Program-made: the position numbers and the translations under genes | Shown: piece after piece, positions 47,540 through 60,800 of the stretch | Position numbering within the stretch: the stretch's first letter is position 1 | How the letters are laid out: the number at the start of each line of letters is the position of its first letter | Notes under the pieces: generated by a model | What the model saw: the letters and a program-made list of their open reading frames with translations, nothing else | What the model was told of the DNA's origin: nothing | The model's database searches: none | Source of the DNA: Klebsormidium nitens | Taxonomy: Eukaryota > Plantae > Klebsormidiophyceae | NCBI GenBank assembly: GCA_000708835.1 | Contig: DF237023.1 | Coordinates: 124,001 to 188,000 of the forward strand | DNA length: 64,000 nt | Direction: 5' to 3'

Positions 47540-50500
47540 GAACATGCACTCAGTGCGCTCAGATTAAGTTCCACACCGCAGTCAGGGTAAGCAAACTTTG
47601 ACCGGAGGCGATTGTACCGCCGAGGGGCAAAATCGGCTGACCAGCTTTCTCAATCAGTAGTAGTCTTCGCAAAGGAGAACCGCCCGAATTCCCAACTGAC
47701 CCGATCTCGCTTCTCGAGTTCTCCGGTTGTTGCTCGTTATACTCTGCAAGAATGAACCCTTCGTCGCTTCTCAACGGCCCAGGTTGTTGTCCTCAACCGC
47801 CGCTTTTCAGAGGCCCCCTCCCTGTGTCAACGGCAAATAAAAACGACAGCCGGCTGCCCAAAGTTGGCAGCAAGTGTCGAGGCCCCTCCGGAGGTCGCAG
47901 TGATTGCTGGAGACCTCGAAGTAACCTGGAAGGAAAATTCTAGCAGGTAAGAGCTCATCGGATGTACCTGATGAGAAAATTAGTGATTGTGACGATATTT
48001 TAACCACACGATGCTTAGTCTCCGCAGAATTCATTAGATATAAGAGCTCGGAAGCACCCTCGACTCTGGGTCCAGCATGTCTCCACTCTATGATTGCATC
48101 GGGTAAACCACACGGCGGTTGCAACAATTCCTGTAGAATTCCTCGGAATCCAATGGCAGATCAATAATCCCAAAGGCATAGCAGGAGAATTGTTACCAAC
48201 TACACGGAAAGATGCTTCTTGTCTTCCGTGTAGTCAACAGTCAACGCAGTCAACGGAGCCGCTGATGCTCCTACAATGGAGATAGCAAAGAAATTTTGCC
48301 TTGGTCTGAGTACAAAAGACCGATAAATGGTTTACGGCAAATCCACACTAACGCTACGAGTTCGAAGGAACGCATCGGAACTCTTACCTTTGGCATGATC
48401 CGTTGTTGTGGGTAGGGCCAGGAAGCAGAACTTGCACGGCCCTTGGAAGGGGACGGGAAGTGCAGCTGCAATACAAAGAAGCAAAACTTCAAACGGAACT
48501 AAAGAGCAGCTACTCAAATTCCTCAATCCGATGGTGACTGTACGCTCGGCAGGTGCCAACCGAGAACTAAACAAACGCCGGCCAGCTTCTCGATGGCGAG
48601 TCGACCTTCAATTCTGTCTTTACTGATCAGGAGAGCCTCCAAACACGGACACAGACTGGAGAATATTCATTGCTGGAGACTGTTTACCTCGACGAGCGGA
48701 CACGAAGGAAGGACAACATTGGTTAGGGTCTCCGAGGGTCCTGAAACTTGGACCAATCTTACAGACGTCCAAGCCCTCCTGCAAGCGAAGGGAGGTTTTC
48801 GAAGGCCTTTGACAGACTATCAGAGGCATGTTCCGCTGCCAAATCCTAGAAATCCACCCGCTGGATTCTCGACCCTTTTCTAGCTTCAGCGCAGCTTTCG
48901 AACCGCCACTCAATAAAGTGGGAACTTTCAGAAGCGGGTCCAGCTGCAGGCATCTCTTCGACCTAAAATTCATAAGCTGTAGGGATAGTCTGGTGCTAAA
49001 CAAACATCAAACCCGTAACCCTTGATATTACCTGCTCCAAACCCGTACTCACCCAAAAGCCCCGATTAAGACTGGTAAATATGCCGGTCCACAACCGGAG
49101 ATTGTTTATTCCTAGCCGTTATTACTCCCAAGCGTGAGTCAATTTGCTAAAACCTCACCGTTTCTGGCATCCGGCCAGGCCATTATCAATGTCCACGGCA
49201 ACAGATGCAGGTCACATGCTTTCTCTGCGCGTGTTTGAACTCCCCCGATCGCACTTGGGCTCCCCGCCATGTACTGAAAAGGAGGTACGACTCGTGCGTC
49301 TCCTCATCACCGTTTAATTGGTCTCTGCTGAGGAACGTTTTTGGGTGAAGGCATTGGAAATGGGGTCCAGGACAGGCACACAGTCTCCTTGCAAGAAAAC
49401 GGACGGGAAAAATCAGCTTAGTACAGTCTCGTTTTCAGATAGTCTCATGTTCAGATCTACTGTTTCCAAACCCATATCCAATCATAAACGGTGTTTCCCT
49501 TTCAGACTTTCACCAATGACAAAGTGACAGGGGACCGTATATCACTTGCGAGCGGTTGGCTACTAGCTTTTAAACGAGTCCTTGTGGGCCACCAAAATAT
49601 CTGCCTTATCCGCTACAGTTGCACGGGGGAGAGCAACCTAGAGGCCAGGTAAAAGTGAAAAGGCACTATTCTGCAACTTATATGTGATCAATTTCGATAT
49701 GATGCCCTTGCTGGCGTAAATCGCCCCACCAGTGTGGCGCCTCATGACACCTTTGAGGCAAAAAGCTACCATACCAAATTAAGGTCGAATCGTCCATACG
49801 ATGCAAGAATGATGCAACAGAAACTAGACACGACAACAATTTTTCAGCTCATGAAAGGACTCCTTCGGAAACCTTGGCCTCCACCCAACTGCTTCACCCC
49901 AGAACACGTCACTACGTTGCTGAGATCCAAGCGCTGCGAACCAGCTTTTCAGATCTGAAAGGCAGCTTTGCTCTGAAAAACATGTTATGCCCTAACGGGG
50001 CAAGAGCAAATGATATGATGTCATTGTTCCGCACATCCTCCAAGATACTACCACCCTTGAATCCAGAGTTCCTTTATGCTTGGTCCCAAACTTGTCCAAC
50101 AAGCAATTGACCCATCAAGAACCCAGGCGTTAGAGGGGACCCCTCAAGCAAGATGTTCAGGCTTGATGGATCCAATCAATTCTAGAATGAAGAAGGGGGT
50201 CCCTCCCCACGACGTTGATTCTGCAAAGAAAGAACCTTTTACAGTGGTGCGCTTTCTGCCCTCTGTCAAGAAGGGAAGCTTAGAACATCAGAAATGGGGC
50301 AAGTTTCCTCAGAGTTGACAAGATGGTTGTACATCACTGATGACATACCTTGCTGGCCCCCAAATTGTCAGCATTCTGAATGAGCTCCTTGAGGATCATG
50401 GTGCCCTCTGGGTAGTTCTGCAGCACCTCCATGATCCTCTGTGTCAGGTCCCCTTTCTGGCCAAAATCCTCCCAGTCCTCCTGCAAACCCTGAACACCGT

Positions 50501-50990
50501 CACTTGCCATTGTTGACCATACAATTGTGCCACCCACCGCTTCTCAGCAAAGCGTTATAGGAATCCTTGATGACAGCAAGGCGCCCAATCGTACATCACT
50601 TGGACGGCGCCGAAGAGTTTCTTTGATCTGGAAACTTCCTGATGCTCCCTGCTCCCCTCATCACTTGGCAGGAAACCCCGCCGCCATCAAGCAGCCAAAA
50701 CTTGAAGTTGGCACGTACACTGTACAGTTCTAAATGGATTGTCACCCCTTCAAACAGTTGAACTGCAGGCTGCAGCTAGTAGTAGCGTTGTGGCTCAGGC
50801 TGGTATGTTTGAAGGGTTTGCGCTGATCCATATGGTCTGCGGGACAAACGCAACATGGACCATAATCCGTGTTCTAAACAATTTGAAACGGTGGCGCAGC
50901 TGCCTTTGTGTAGAACCAGCTCACAAACCCAGCCTCTGGAGTTGACCGAAGCCGTGCCAGGGTTATGGTTTTAGGGTTTTCTGGAGATGA
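47540..50990 (-). pseudogene. Decayed, internally deleted direct duplicate of the sacsin 5' region (exon 1, intron 1, exons 5, 6, part of 7, plus upstream sequence)
   Basis: 50510-50349 encodes MASDGVQGLQEDWEDFGQKGDLTQRIMEVLQNYPEGTMILKELIQNADNLGASK. Matches: 49580-50340 to intron 1; ~49170-49330 to exon 5; ~48390-48450 to exon 6; 47880-47935 to 33920-33975; 47540-47800 to 32440-32710 (shared CTTCGTCGCTTCTCAACGGCCCA); 50520-50990 to 38581-38765 and 39730-39925. Confidence 0.9.
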
Positions 50991-51120
50991 CCGCCTGAGT
51001 ACTGAAAGTTACTGCTTGCAAGTTGCAACCCCAGCCAGGGGGCGCTCTGGGCGCACATTCAAAGTGTGGTGGCACCAAAAATTGCCACCTACCCGTCTTG
51101 ACTTCTCCATTGCATTCTAG

Positions 51121-51736
51121 GAGCAGGCAGAAGTGGCTTCAATCAGCGGAATCTGAAGAAGGGCCCATAACATTTGCCCACCGGGCGCTTACGGGACAGC
51201 TGTTTCAAGAAGAGAGGACAGCGGACAGACAACAGCTATCATAGGTATTTTCAAAGAAGAAGCACGTTTGCTTGCTGTGTAACGAACAGATGGCCTCCCA
51301 AATGCTGCGCAGATTGACTGCTGGGCTGACAAGAGCTCTGCGGTGAGCGGAAATGTTCAGACAGTGGCCACCATTTCTTTTGAGATGGTCAATTGTGCTT
51401 CCTATTGATTCACAAGTCAGGTCCTTCTGTGAGCTTTTCCCAACTCTTTGATGCGGAATGTCTTCATCTCTAATTCCTGTTGGCATACTGCTCCCCACAT
51501 GTGATCAGAGCTCGCACTAAGACTTTGGCCCTCTCACTCTTATTGGAAAGAAGCATGCGTGTTTTGTTTGATTGTACAGGCAGGCAGAGGGTGAAGCCCA
51601 ACTAGTGGTGGAAGTGCTCCAACCAGGGCCCTTTGGAATTGTGACCAACACATTTTCAGCCGCTGAAAGAGCTCAGGCCAAAGCAACCATCAAGCGGGCA
51701 CTTGCACAGTGGCAAGAAAGACATTGCAGACGCTAG
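51121..51736 (+). pseudogene. Unidentified two-exon gene remnant with two in-frame stops
   Basis: 51121-51342 (AG...GTGAGC) reads EQAEVASISGI*RRAHNICPPGAYG...TAIIGIFKEEARLLAV*RTDGLPNAAQIDCWADKSSA. It splices in phase to 51584-51736, AEGEAQLVVEVLQPGPFGIVTNTFSAAERAQAKATIKRALAQWQERHCRR*. Confidence 0.45.
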
Positions 51737-53199
51737 GCGTGTCTGCATACCTGTAGCCCAAGGATTCTCAGGACTGCACCTGTTCTGAAAGAGCTTGGTG
51801 AGTTGGATGTTTCTGTGTGTCTGACCTTGTAGAAATTGATAGTGACTATCAAAGCGTGCTTTGAATTGATGGCCTTGTCTTTGAGGTCGATTGTTTGCAT
51901 GAACAAGAACGAATAGCCAGGCTGGGGCCAGAATGAATCCATGTTCTCAGATGCATCTGCAATTTGCAACATGGAACAGCACAAGGTGCCTCTTGTCCAT
52001 AGTGTTTATATTCCCGGCCCAATCTCAGGACTCGATTCACACATGTGAGATTCCATTGTCATAACTCGTGAGAATTTGACTTTGCTTTGCTCTTATCAAG
52101 ATAGATAACTTTGGACCCTGATTGAAACAAGAGTTCTTATTCTTCGTCTCACCAAAAGTTCCTTGCTGCAGGACAACTCTTCTTATCTGACATCCATGAA
52201 TTGCTACATCCGCTCTCTTCACTCAAGAGTGGGGCGTAAACCAGCTTCTAATCAAGGAGCTGTGGATCTTGCTCCTACTTTTAGCACGTCGGTTTTCTTG
52301 ACGAACTCTTTCAGAGATAGATGCGCTCGGCGGGGGCCACTCGGCATCCAGCTTACATTCCCACTTTGTTGAAAACGGCTCGCGGCTGAGGTCCAAGAAA
52401 TTGTGCAGCGGGATTGAAGTTTGGATTTGCCTCATAAGTGCGCATGTTGTATGTGACTTTTACCCGTTTAGCTTGTGCCCAGCTGACAGCTAGGCACCTT
52501 AGAATGATGCATATTATGGCTGCTCACATTAAGTTTGCGTCCTCGCCTTAGGCCGCGCGATGCCTAAGACTTTGATAATGATACAGGCATGATTCGAATC
52601 TGGCCTACTATAGGCGGGCCCGTCGACCTTTGTGATGATGCACGCGGTTTGCATGGACTGCATGCCATGAAGCCGGTCACGGCTGCAGGCTCGAGCTTGA
52701 AAGCTTAACAAGATTCCTATATGGTATCTGCGCCGGCCGGACGGCCCGCGAAATGCATAGGTACCAGCTAGCTGCCAGGCATGCATGTGGATCATGAATT
52801 GCATGACGAGCCTGCATGCTCCTAAAATTTGAGCGCGCTAGCTCTCTAGGTGCCGTTTGTGTAGCGCTGCGGGCCCTTTCAAGCTTGCGACTCGAGGTGG
52901 CAAACGTGTCGATTTTTACACCGTTGAAGCTCTACTATATGAGCCTGCGGCGGCCTTACCGGATTTGCGGCCCGTAACATCAAGATACAGTGTTGATGAA
53001 TGTCGATATTAAAACGACGAACTTCTAGCCACCTTGAAAATAAAGTAGACTCCATCGTCCATATGACCATCAACGATTAAGATCGAAAGAGGTAATAAGT
53101 CAAAGCATCGAACATAAGCGGCACACATGTGGTTTAGTACGCTATCAACGCAACAGACATACAGCCTTTATTACAACGTTAGAAACTCGGCCCACAAAC

Positions 53200-56100
53200 T
53201 CACGTGGTCCTTCGAGACGCTGCTTCAACGCAACCTGTTCGTAGACTGGATACAAGCTCGACATAACCTTTCTGGTCTGGGTGGATATACCTGCAAGAAG
53301 GGTCCAACGACTGAGCAATCACACCTCCTGCGTTCAGTGCTGATTTCACCGAGTATCTTGCTCTTTCAGGTAGAAGTCAAGACACCTTTCGGGCTGCATC
53401 ATCCTATAGACACTCATACGCGAAAGGCGCCAACCCTCTTTAAAGAACAGCCACCAGAAGCAGAATAGGAACCTCAAAACAAGGGAAGCTTCGGAAAAGG
53501 AAAAGAAGAAGGTCTGTCAAAACTAGGAAGGCGCGTAACATTTGCGTAAAGCCACTAAGATACTGTACATGAAAGTTTCTCATTCCCCCTGGAAACGCTG
53601 CCAGACTTCGGAACCGTTTGATGGCGCGATCCGCACTGTATTTCTTTCCCCAGTCGCTGAAAAGGCGCTGTCCAACGTGGATTGCAAATCTTTTCAGCGC
53701 AGGCATGAAATACGTACCCGTGTCTAACGAGGAAGTCGATGATAACCAACGCGACGTTCGGCTTGTACTCATTGGACTTCCGTATCGTCTCCGCAACACG
53801 GGCTAGCGGCCAAAGCTCGAAAGACTCCACCTCGCCATCTGCGATTGACATCGTGGGAGCGGATGAAGAGTCGAAGACCAAGGTCGAAAGCGGCGGCGGA
53901 TTTGATAGAGCTACCGTAGTGCCTTGAATCAGCATGAATTCTTGATTCACTATGCACTGGAACCAGCTGTGGTTTGGCCTTTGCTTTTTCCTACGATCGG
54001 AGCAATCTGGATTTCTCCCTCAGGTCTTGAGGAGATGAGAACAATGAAACAGGTCCTCTACGCGGGGCGGAGAGTGTAGGCAGCCTTTCCGCGCAAATAC
54101 CTCTGCATCCTGAACACTCCTCTTGGTAAGCGACCGGAACTGGAGTGTCAAAATTCAGCGCCACAGGCGGAAATACTGTTACGACTCTCTCTGTGACGAC
54201 GCGGTTCGAACTCGTACCTTGATTTTTCGGTTGAAAGTCGCTGGGCAGTTTCAGGTCGTAGACAAAGAGAACATCTCGCTTCGCTCGATTCTCGTCGGTG
54301 ACCATCTCGTATGATACCGTGCCCGCCGCCGTCGCTCTGCGAACCACTGAACATGTTGAGTCCCTCAAAGACCGGTGTATTGAAAACGATGCTCAAGCGA
54401 CAAGTTGAGTTAGCTAGAAGTTTAAGCCGGGTGCGGCTGCGGAGCGAGTATTCTAGCTTTGCATCCGTCTTTCCGCCACTGCTCTGAAGCTCGAGATGCG
54501 CTTCGAATCCCGACATGCGGTGTCTGCTTGGAGGAACGCGACTCGTCATTTTCTGTGCAGGTGTCACGAACGAGAAGCATGTTCAATGACGGCTGGATAA
54601 AACGAACGATCATGATTTTCCTTGCGGTTTGTGCAAAAGGAATCTGGCACCAAAAATATGAACTCCGTTCTTCTCATCATTTGCCAGCATCATTCTTCCG
54701 TCACTCTCTAGAGTGAGTTGAGCATCATAGAGACCGTTCGAGTATTTGCCTGGTTGGATAACAGCTGCAACAGGTTCACGCAAGGACTACTATCTGAAAC
54801 GAGTGACGTGCCAGAAAGGAAGCGGGTTCATCACGCCTCACCTCCGCGCCAAGTCCGGCGGAATTCCGGCCTCTTCTTGACACTCCTTCACCAGATTGTC
54901 TGCGCAGCTAAGCCCGAGCGGTTGTCCTCCCGCCACCAGGTGATCCAACCGGAGCGGCCAAGTCTGCTTCGTGGCGCTGCGTCGGGCCACCCAAAGGTAT
55001 TTGTTTCCGTCGGCGTCTTCAGTGTAGCCGTTCATATGAACGCCATACGCCTGAGCGAAGGAAACGGTTGGGAAGACAGCCAAGTGGCCGCCGAAGCATT
55101 TTCTATGGGCCGTGATTATTGGGTGGAAGGTGTGGGAACGCCTGCGAGAAGTATATCAGGATCGGTCTGGAAGGACGATAGACCTTTGCGATCAGGCAAC
55201 GGGGCAAATAAGACCCGGGTGGCAAAGTCTTAGTAGCAGTATCCCCCAAAATTCACACATTTAGTTGAATCTTCGTCGCCCTTCTTTACCGGACTCGAAC
55301 AGCATTTGACGTCAATTCGAATCCTAGTCCCAGTGTCTGCTCGTTGGACCTTTCTGCTGACTCACACCTCACATCTTAAAGTATCCTTCGCGGGCTGACG
55401 TCAATAATCGGAACAACGCATGTGGTCCATGTTCCTAATTCATGAGAGTCGACTCCCACCTCGACGTCAGCTACTATTCATTGCTCGTACTTGGGTGTGA
55501 ACCGATACAAAGCCCGATGCCTCCGGTCTCAATCTAGACGCAACGGAGGACTTCGAAAGAACGACTCACGATGATGCCAAAGTGGGGTGCAGCCGCCCTC
55601 TCAAGCCCAAAGTACGGTTTATTGTGGAAGCCTGTGGAAACGGGGTACAGCTCGTCTCGCCAGCCTGTGATGACACCCTTTTCTCTTAGCTCTGAGCAGA
55701 CAGCGGCCACTGCTTTCGTACGCGCCTTTGGGGTCTTCAGGCTCTGATCAAGCCCGATGTAATGTCCAAGCGGGGACCCGTCTTTGGACCGTACAAAGTA
55801 TACCTTGAAAGTATCGTCGAGGAGGAGCAGGTGCTCTGCAAAGCTGCAACAAGACGTACTGTTGTTGGGAGTCGGTAAGATTGTCCGCATGTTTGTGCAG
55901 GTTGTATGTCCACGATACTTTTGGAGTTGCGTCTGAGCTCGCCCTACGCTTGAGTCACGCCTTGATAAAAGCAAAGTGGTTTCTCGTTATCTGATACTTA
56001 TGATGGGGTATGGGGGGTGCATGGAGTGAGAAGTCTTGTGTCGAATGACTGCTACGAATCAGTGCACGCGCTAAGAAGGAAGACATACTGAAGATAGTTT

Positions 56101-57410
56101 TCTTGACCTCTTTTGCGGCTAGTTCTCAGCTCCTAAAGAGGAATTAGAGTAACGCCTTGGGGGCCCTTCCTGTAGGGTGGACAATTCGCATTCGCCTTCT
56201 CAACCGGCAAAAGGACCACTGCAATGACTTCAACAGACGATGGACAAGAATCGCTCCTTCCCGGTTCTTCCCTCTCATCAGTCAAACATTCATATAAGTC
56301 CAGTCGGTCTTCTATACAAACCCCAGATCAGACATACAACAACAAGAGCACACCAGGATAGGAATTGACGTTTACCTCGAGGCAATTCTCAGAAACTCAA
56401 AAAGATGGAAAGCCTTACCTTTCATGTACGTAGCCGAACAACAATCCATTCCCCCGCAGCTCCAGGAATTCTGGTCCTCTGATACTCTCCTACATTCAGA
56501 AAGGCGAATAGAGGTCCTCTCTCTGGCAACGTCGAACACTTTTGATCCTACGAACGCCAATGTTTGAAGCAGGTAGAGTGAACAAGTAAGACATACATAA
56601 CTTTCTGCGACCTGAATCTGAGCTTGTTTGAGACATCAAAAAAGTTTCATAAAGCTGATTCTAGTCCACTTATATCACCTGTGCAAGGCACCTCCTGCGA
56701 TGGAAGCCAGCTTGGAAGAACCATCGAATCAAGCAGGGTTTGCCAGACCTTTTCTTTTGGAGGTACAGCCCGCTTACAATTCTCCTTATTTCAAATACCT
56801 TCCTTCTTTAGGTGGATCAGCTTAGTGGAGTTAAACACTTATAAAGCGGTGGCCAGTGCCCCTGCTGAAGGGGCTACTGCCGCAGCACATGCAAATCATC
56901 TACGAGATCTTACCCCCTTCTCTCGTTGCGCCAAGCAGATGCAACAACGCTGTTCTTCTACTGAAGACTTACCCGGCCCACGTTGCACTCTGCCACTCGC
57001 TGGAGATATCCCCTAAGATCATCGCTAATTGCTCGTTTCCGAGTGCCAGTGGACGGCTTTGATGCTGCTGCTGCTGCTGCTGCTGCTATTATGCGACTAC
57101 TTTTGTAACGTCGACTCTGATGTGGTTGGTGAATGGAGAAACTGCTTGACGCACCTGTTTGTGTTGATCCAACAAGTCCAACAACATGATGCAAGAGGTG
57201 GTGTGCTCTCGGGTCCCCAAATTGCCCTTGATGACAGCTAGAAGGCTGGAGATGGGGCGTTTGGCTGTGATTGCCAATAGAGTGCAAAGGAAACCGACTA
57301 ACAGGCGCTAGTGATTGAACAGAGCAAGCTGCAGGACTGGGTAAAAGCACCTGTACAGCGGGATGCAAGGACGGAGGGATTGTCCTCATGGCCGTAATGC
57401 ATTGCGCCAT
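53200..57410 (-). CDS. Nudix hydrolase, NUDT20-like (DUF4743 + Nudix), with plastid transit peptide; exons 57410-56973, 56489-56419, 55843-55570, 55050-54842, 54336-54218, 53838-53718, 53290-53200
   Basis: DLRGYLQRVAECN, GVITGWRDELYPV, LERAAAPHFGIIAYGVHMNGY, LWVARRSATKQTWP..LDHLVAGGQPLGLSCADNLVKECQEEAGI (Nudix box variant), VLFVYDLKLPSDFQPKNQDGEVESF, YKPNVALVIIDFLVRHGYIHPDQKGYVEL. Confidence 0.93.
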
Positions 57411-57843
57411 CGTTCAAAAATACCACCTGAATTCGTGGATCACTGAATGACTCAAGATCCTGGAATCTTCGGTTCTCCCTGAGGCTGCAGTATTATTAAC
57501 CGCTCTGTTGTTGGATCCCAGTCAGAGCTTCAGAGCTCTTGAGATTAACCCCAATCCTTAGGCTTAAGAATCTTGCTCGGCATTACGTATTTGCCCAGCC
57601 GCATTCGTTTGAGCTGGAGCCTGGTGGAGCCAGAGGAATGAAGCGCTTGATCGTCCCAAGCTGAGCCTGATGTGAGGCAGGATTGCAGATGACAGAGCTT
57701 TGCATGATCAATTATGGGTGGAGCACGGATAAAGCAGCTGGGTCCTACAAACTCATTGGCGCCAATCGTGGAAGCGGCGGGCATCTGTTCTCAGGTCCCT
57801 TCAGCTCGCCTGCCTTCTCAATACGTTCCCCACTACCACCGCA
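57411..57843. promoter_or_regulatory. Short intergenic region between divergent Nudix and epimerase genes (putative bidirectional promoter)
   Basis: The start codons point away from each other, about 300-430 nt apart (ATG 57410 on -, ATG 57714 or 57844 on +). Confidence 0.55.
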
Positions 57844-60800
57844 TGTCTCACATTGCAACCTTCCACGAACTTCGCAGCATTGCGAAGTCCAATATCAATT
57901 CCTGCAACAGAAGTAGTAACCTGCACTCTAATGGCGTCGCACGACATTGGTTCAAACAACAGGCTTGGCGTGGCGCTCCTTCATTTACATGTCCAGATAG
58001 GGTACACCCGCCAAAACACGTCCACCGCTTAATGGCACGAGAAGCATATTCAGAGGGGAGGAAAGAGGAGCCAGGGCACCTGTTCTGCTTTGGCTTTGGT
58101 TACACCACCTTGGGCCTGGCAAACACACTCAAAAAGGAGGGCTGGTGAGCTCCCCTCCCAAATGGTACAAGGTGGGATAAGTGGTTGCTGATTGTGGTCA
58201 GCTGATGACTGCCCTGAGTTTGCCAAACATGTAGGAAGGCTGTGGCCAGTACGCTGGGGCTTTGGAATCAAAGAAAAGATGATTGCTCTCTTTGCTGCAA
58301 CACTAATCGTCTGGCGGAGCCGCTTCGAGTATGGTATGATGTGCCATTAGTAAGGTGTTTTGGTTGTATTGACCTGACTTGATTCCTCTCTCCTACTTGC
58401 TCCAGGAATGTGACAGGGACCTGCAGATCAGAGGAGAAAAAGGAGGCGCTCATTGCGAAAAGCCTCCCAGCAGTTATTTTTGACACTGATGGGGAGATCG
58501 GACTTGAGTAAGAACTGCCTCTAACCGAAAGGCCTCCTGGAAAGCGGGAAGCATGTTGTAGCCTGGGGCCACCTGAGTAGAGATAGTCAGGGCGTCAGTC
58601 AACTCTGAACACAGCTAGGACATTGATCGAGCCTCGCCTGAGGGGAAGAGCTTTTACGGATTGTATATTCATGCCAGAACAATCGTCAGAAAAGAGTATC
58701 AATCAGTGGGAACTGAGGAGTGGCGTGAAATTGAGGGTTCCACTTTTCCCCCTGGTTGCCTCGTCAACCAGATCAATCAACTGTGGCAAAGTAAATGTCT
58801 GTGCTCAAGATGCGAAGGATTCCCTTTCAGCAGGCTCTATGATTACTGGTCTTAGAATCGACGTCGTGTTGCTGTGTCAGGTCCGATGGGCTGGCTGCTC
58901 TCCGAAGCGCCACACACCTGATTGCCAGCATCCCTCCTGTTGGTGACTTCGACCAAGATCCGGTGAGTCGTCTCTTCCTTCTCCTTCTCGATCCTTGAAT
59001 TAAGTATTGAGGCTCTGATCACAAAACTATCCCCCTTAATGAAAGAAGAATGACGAGCGAACATGATGCCCGTGGATAAGCAGGTTGCTGTGTCAGCCCT
59101 GAAACGTTCTCTCTGTTATGCCCCTGCCTCATCGCTTCGTTTTAGAAGAGTTAGTAGGTTGTTCTCGAAGTGCAGTCCATCCTTCTGGTATCAGTGCATG
59201 TCAGTGCTTTGAATGAGTTGATAGCAATTCTGAAATACGACCTCTTTGAGTTGTTTGGCATCATACGGATGGTTCAAGTTACCATTATCCACAATGGATA
59301 CGATGTATGTTGGACATGGAATCTTCCCGCTAAAAAACGGGAAGAAAATTGCATAGTCGCCTCGAAGGGCAGCTGCTGCATTGAAAAACCCAAGTCCATT
59401 TCCTGAAAGCTTTTCTTTGTTGTTTCTGAAGGGCAGGCCCTAGCTTTGCATGCCCAACAGATCCACGAAGCAGCACGCAATGGGCTCAGCTGGATTGGTT
59501 ACCTCAGCACGACAGGTGAGACGCAAACACCGCCACCCTCGTCATACCCGATTCTGGTTGCATGCCTTTCTGCTGCGGCCAGTGTAGTGATATCTTGCCC
59601 CTGAAGATAGATTATGATGCGAGATCATGTCTAAAAGCCGTCCTTCAATTGGGATCAACGATCTGGTCATCCACAATCTCTCGACACTATGTCGAGGTCG
59701 ACCTTCCGGCAGTTTGCGTTCAGTTCCCTCCTCGTCGCAAACGCTGCAGCAGACCGCTATTCCAGCCCAGGCTTCATTCTGCGTTTCAGCAGACTCCAGT
59801 GTCAAAGTATCGAATTTCACAAAGACACACGGGCATTATTTTTGCACAGGTGTTTATGGGGACTGGGACGGCGCTTGGGTGGACGAGAGGTGAGCTAACT
59901 CGGCATATCATTGTAGCAACTCCCGGCCCCGTTCAAACCGCTAGGCACGACTCAAAGCATGCAGAGAAACGATTTCCTGCTGACATGAGGACCCCTCTAA
60001 AGCTCACACATACAAAACTTTCTGTCCCCCTTATTTCCAGCATTTTTCCGCAACGAACTGTGGTTCCTCATGTCTCCCCGCAGGTTCTGCTTTTCTGCTC
60101 TCATCCCGCTCCTAGACCTCTGACCCTTGATTCCTGGGTTTCACCACTCCATGTCTGACACCTATCCTTCGAACCGTTTGAATCTTTCTGGTGCGCAACG
60201 ACTTTTCAAAAGTCCGAAGGGTAAACCAATCATCAAACGGCTGGGTTTAGCGTCTGCCGAACCCTCGTGTCTTGGTTTGCAGCACCGAACCGCGACCCAG
60301 CAACGCCCGCGCCGCAGCGCGACTGCGCGCCGAGGAGGCTTGGCTGAGCATTGGCAGAGAAGCAAACGTTCCGGTGCACGTCTTCCGGCTGGGCGGAATC
60401 TACGGCCCTAGCAGGAGGTGAGCGGAAATGGAGCTCGCACCTTGGACGAATGATCGAGCCTTCGAGCAATTTCATGACCACAGAAACAAGGCAGGTATCT
60501 GCAGAATTTTCAGACAGAACGATTAAAGGCAGCCACGCTGAAGGTGAACCCCAACTGAACTCTCTGTGTTTTCAAGCGTCGAGTGCCCATTTGCCGGCCA
60601 AAGCTCTTAATCGAATTTTTCAGAAGTGCTTTGGAGAAGTTCGCAAAATTTGCACAGATCCGATCGCACTTCCCCGTCTTGACGAGGAGATCCTTTCGAT
60701 GCGCTGAGCAATAGACGCTTCCCATCGTTCCATCTGCAAATCGACAAGGCAAAAACTCTACTTCACCGTGTTGAAGGAAACAGAGCTTCTTCCAGGCACA

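Noticed and set aside
51827-52165. Minus-strand exon-like remnant (KELLVRRRIRTLVSI...FWPQPGYSFLFMQ)
   Set aside because: Three stops in about 113 codons is close to random expectation, and no family is recognisable.
53127-53468. + strand ORF containing EVKTP (REase-like)
   Set aside because: It lies antisense to the last Nudix exon and intron, and has no other motif.
57063-57087. (GCT)n microsatellite
   Set aside because: Ordinary poly-Ala tract within the Nudix N-terminal extension.
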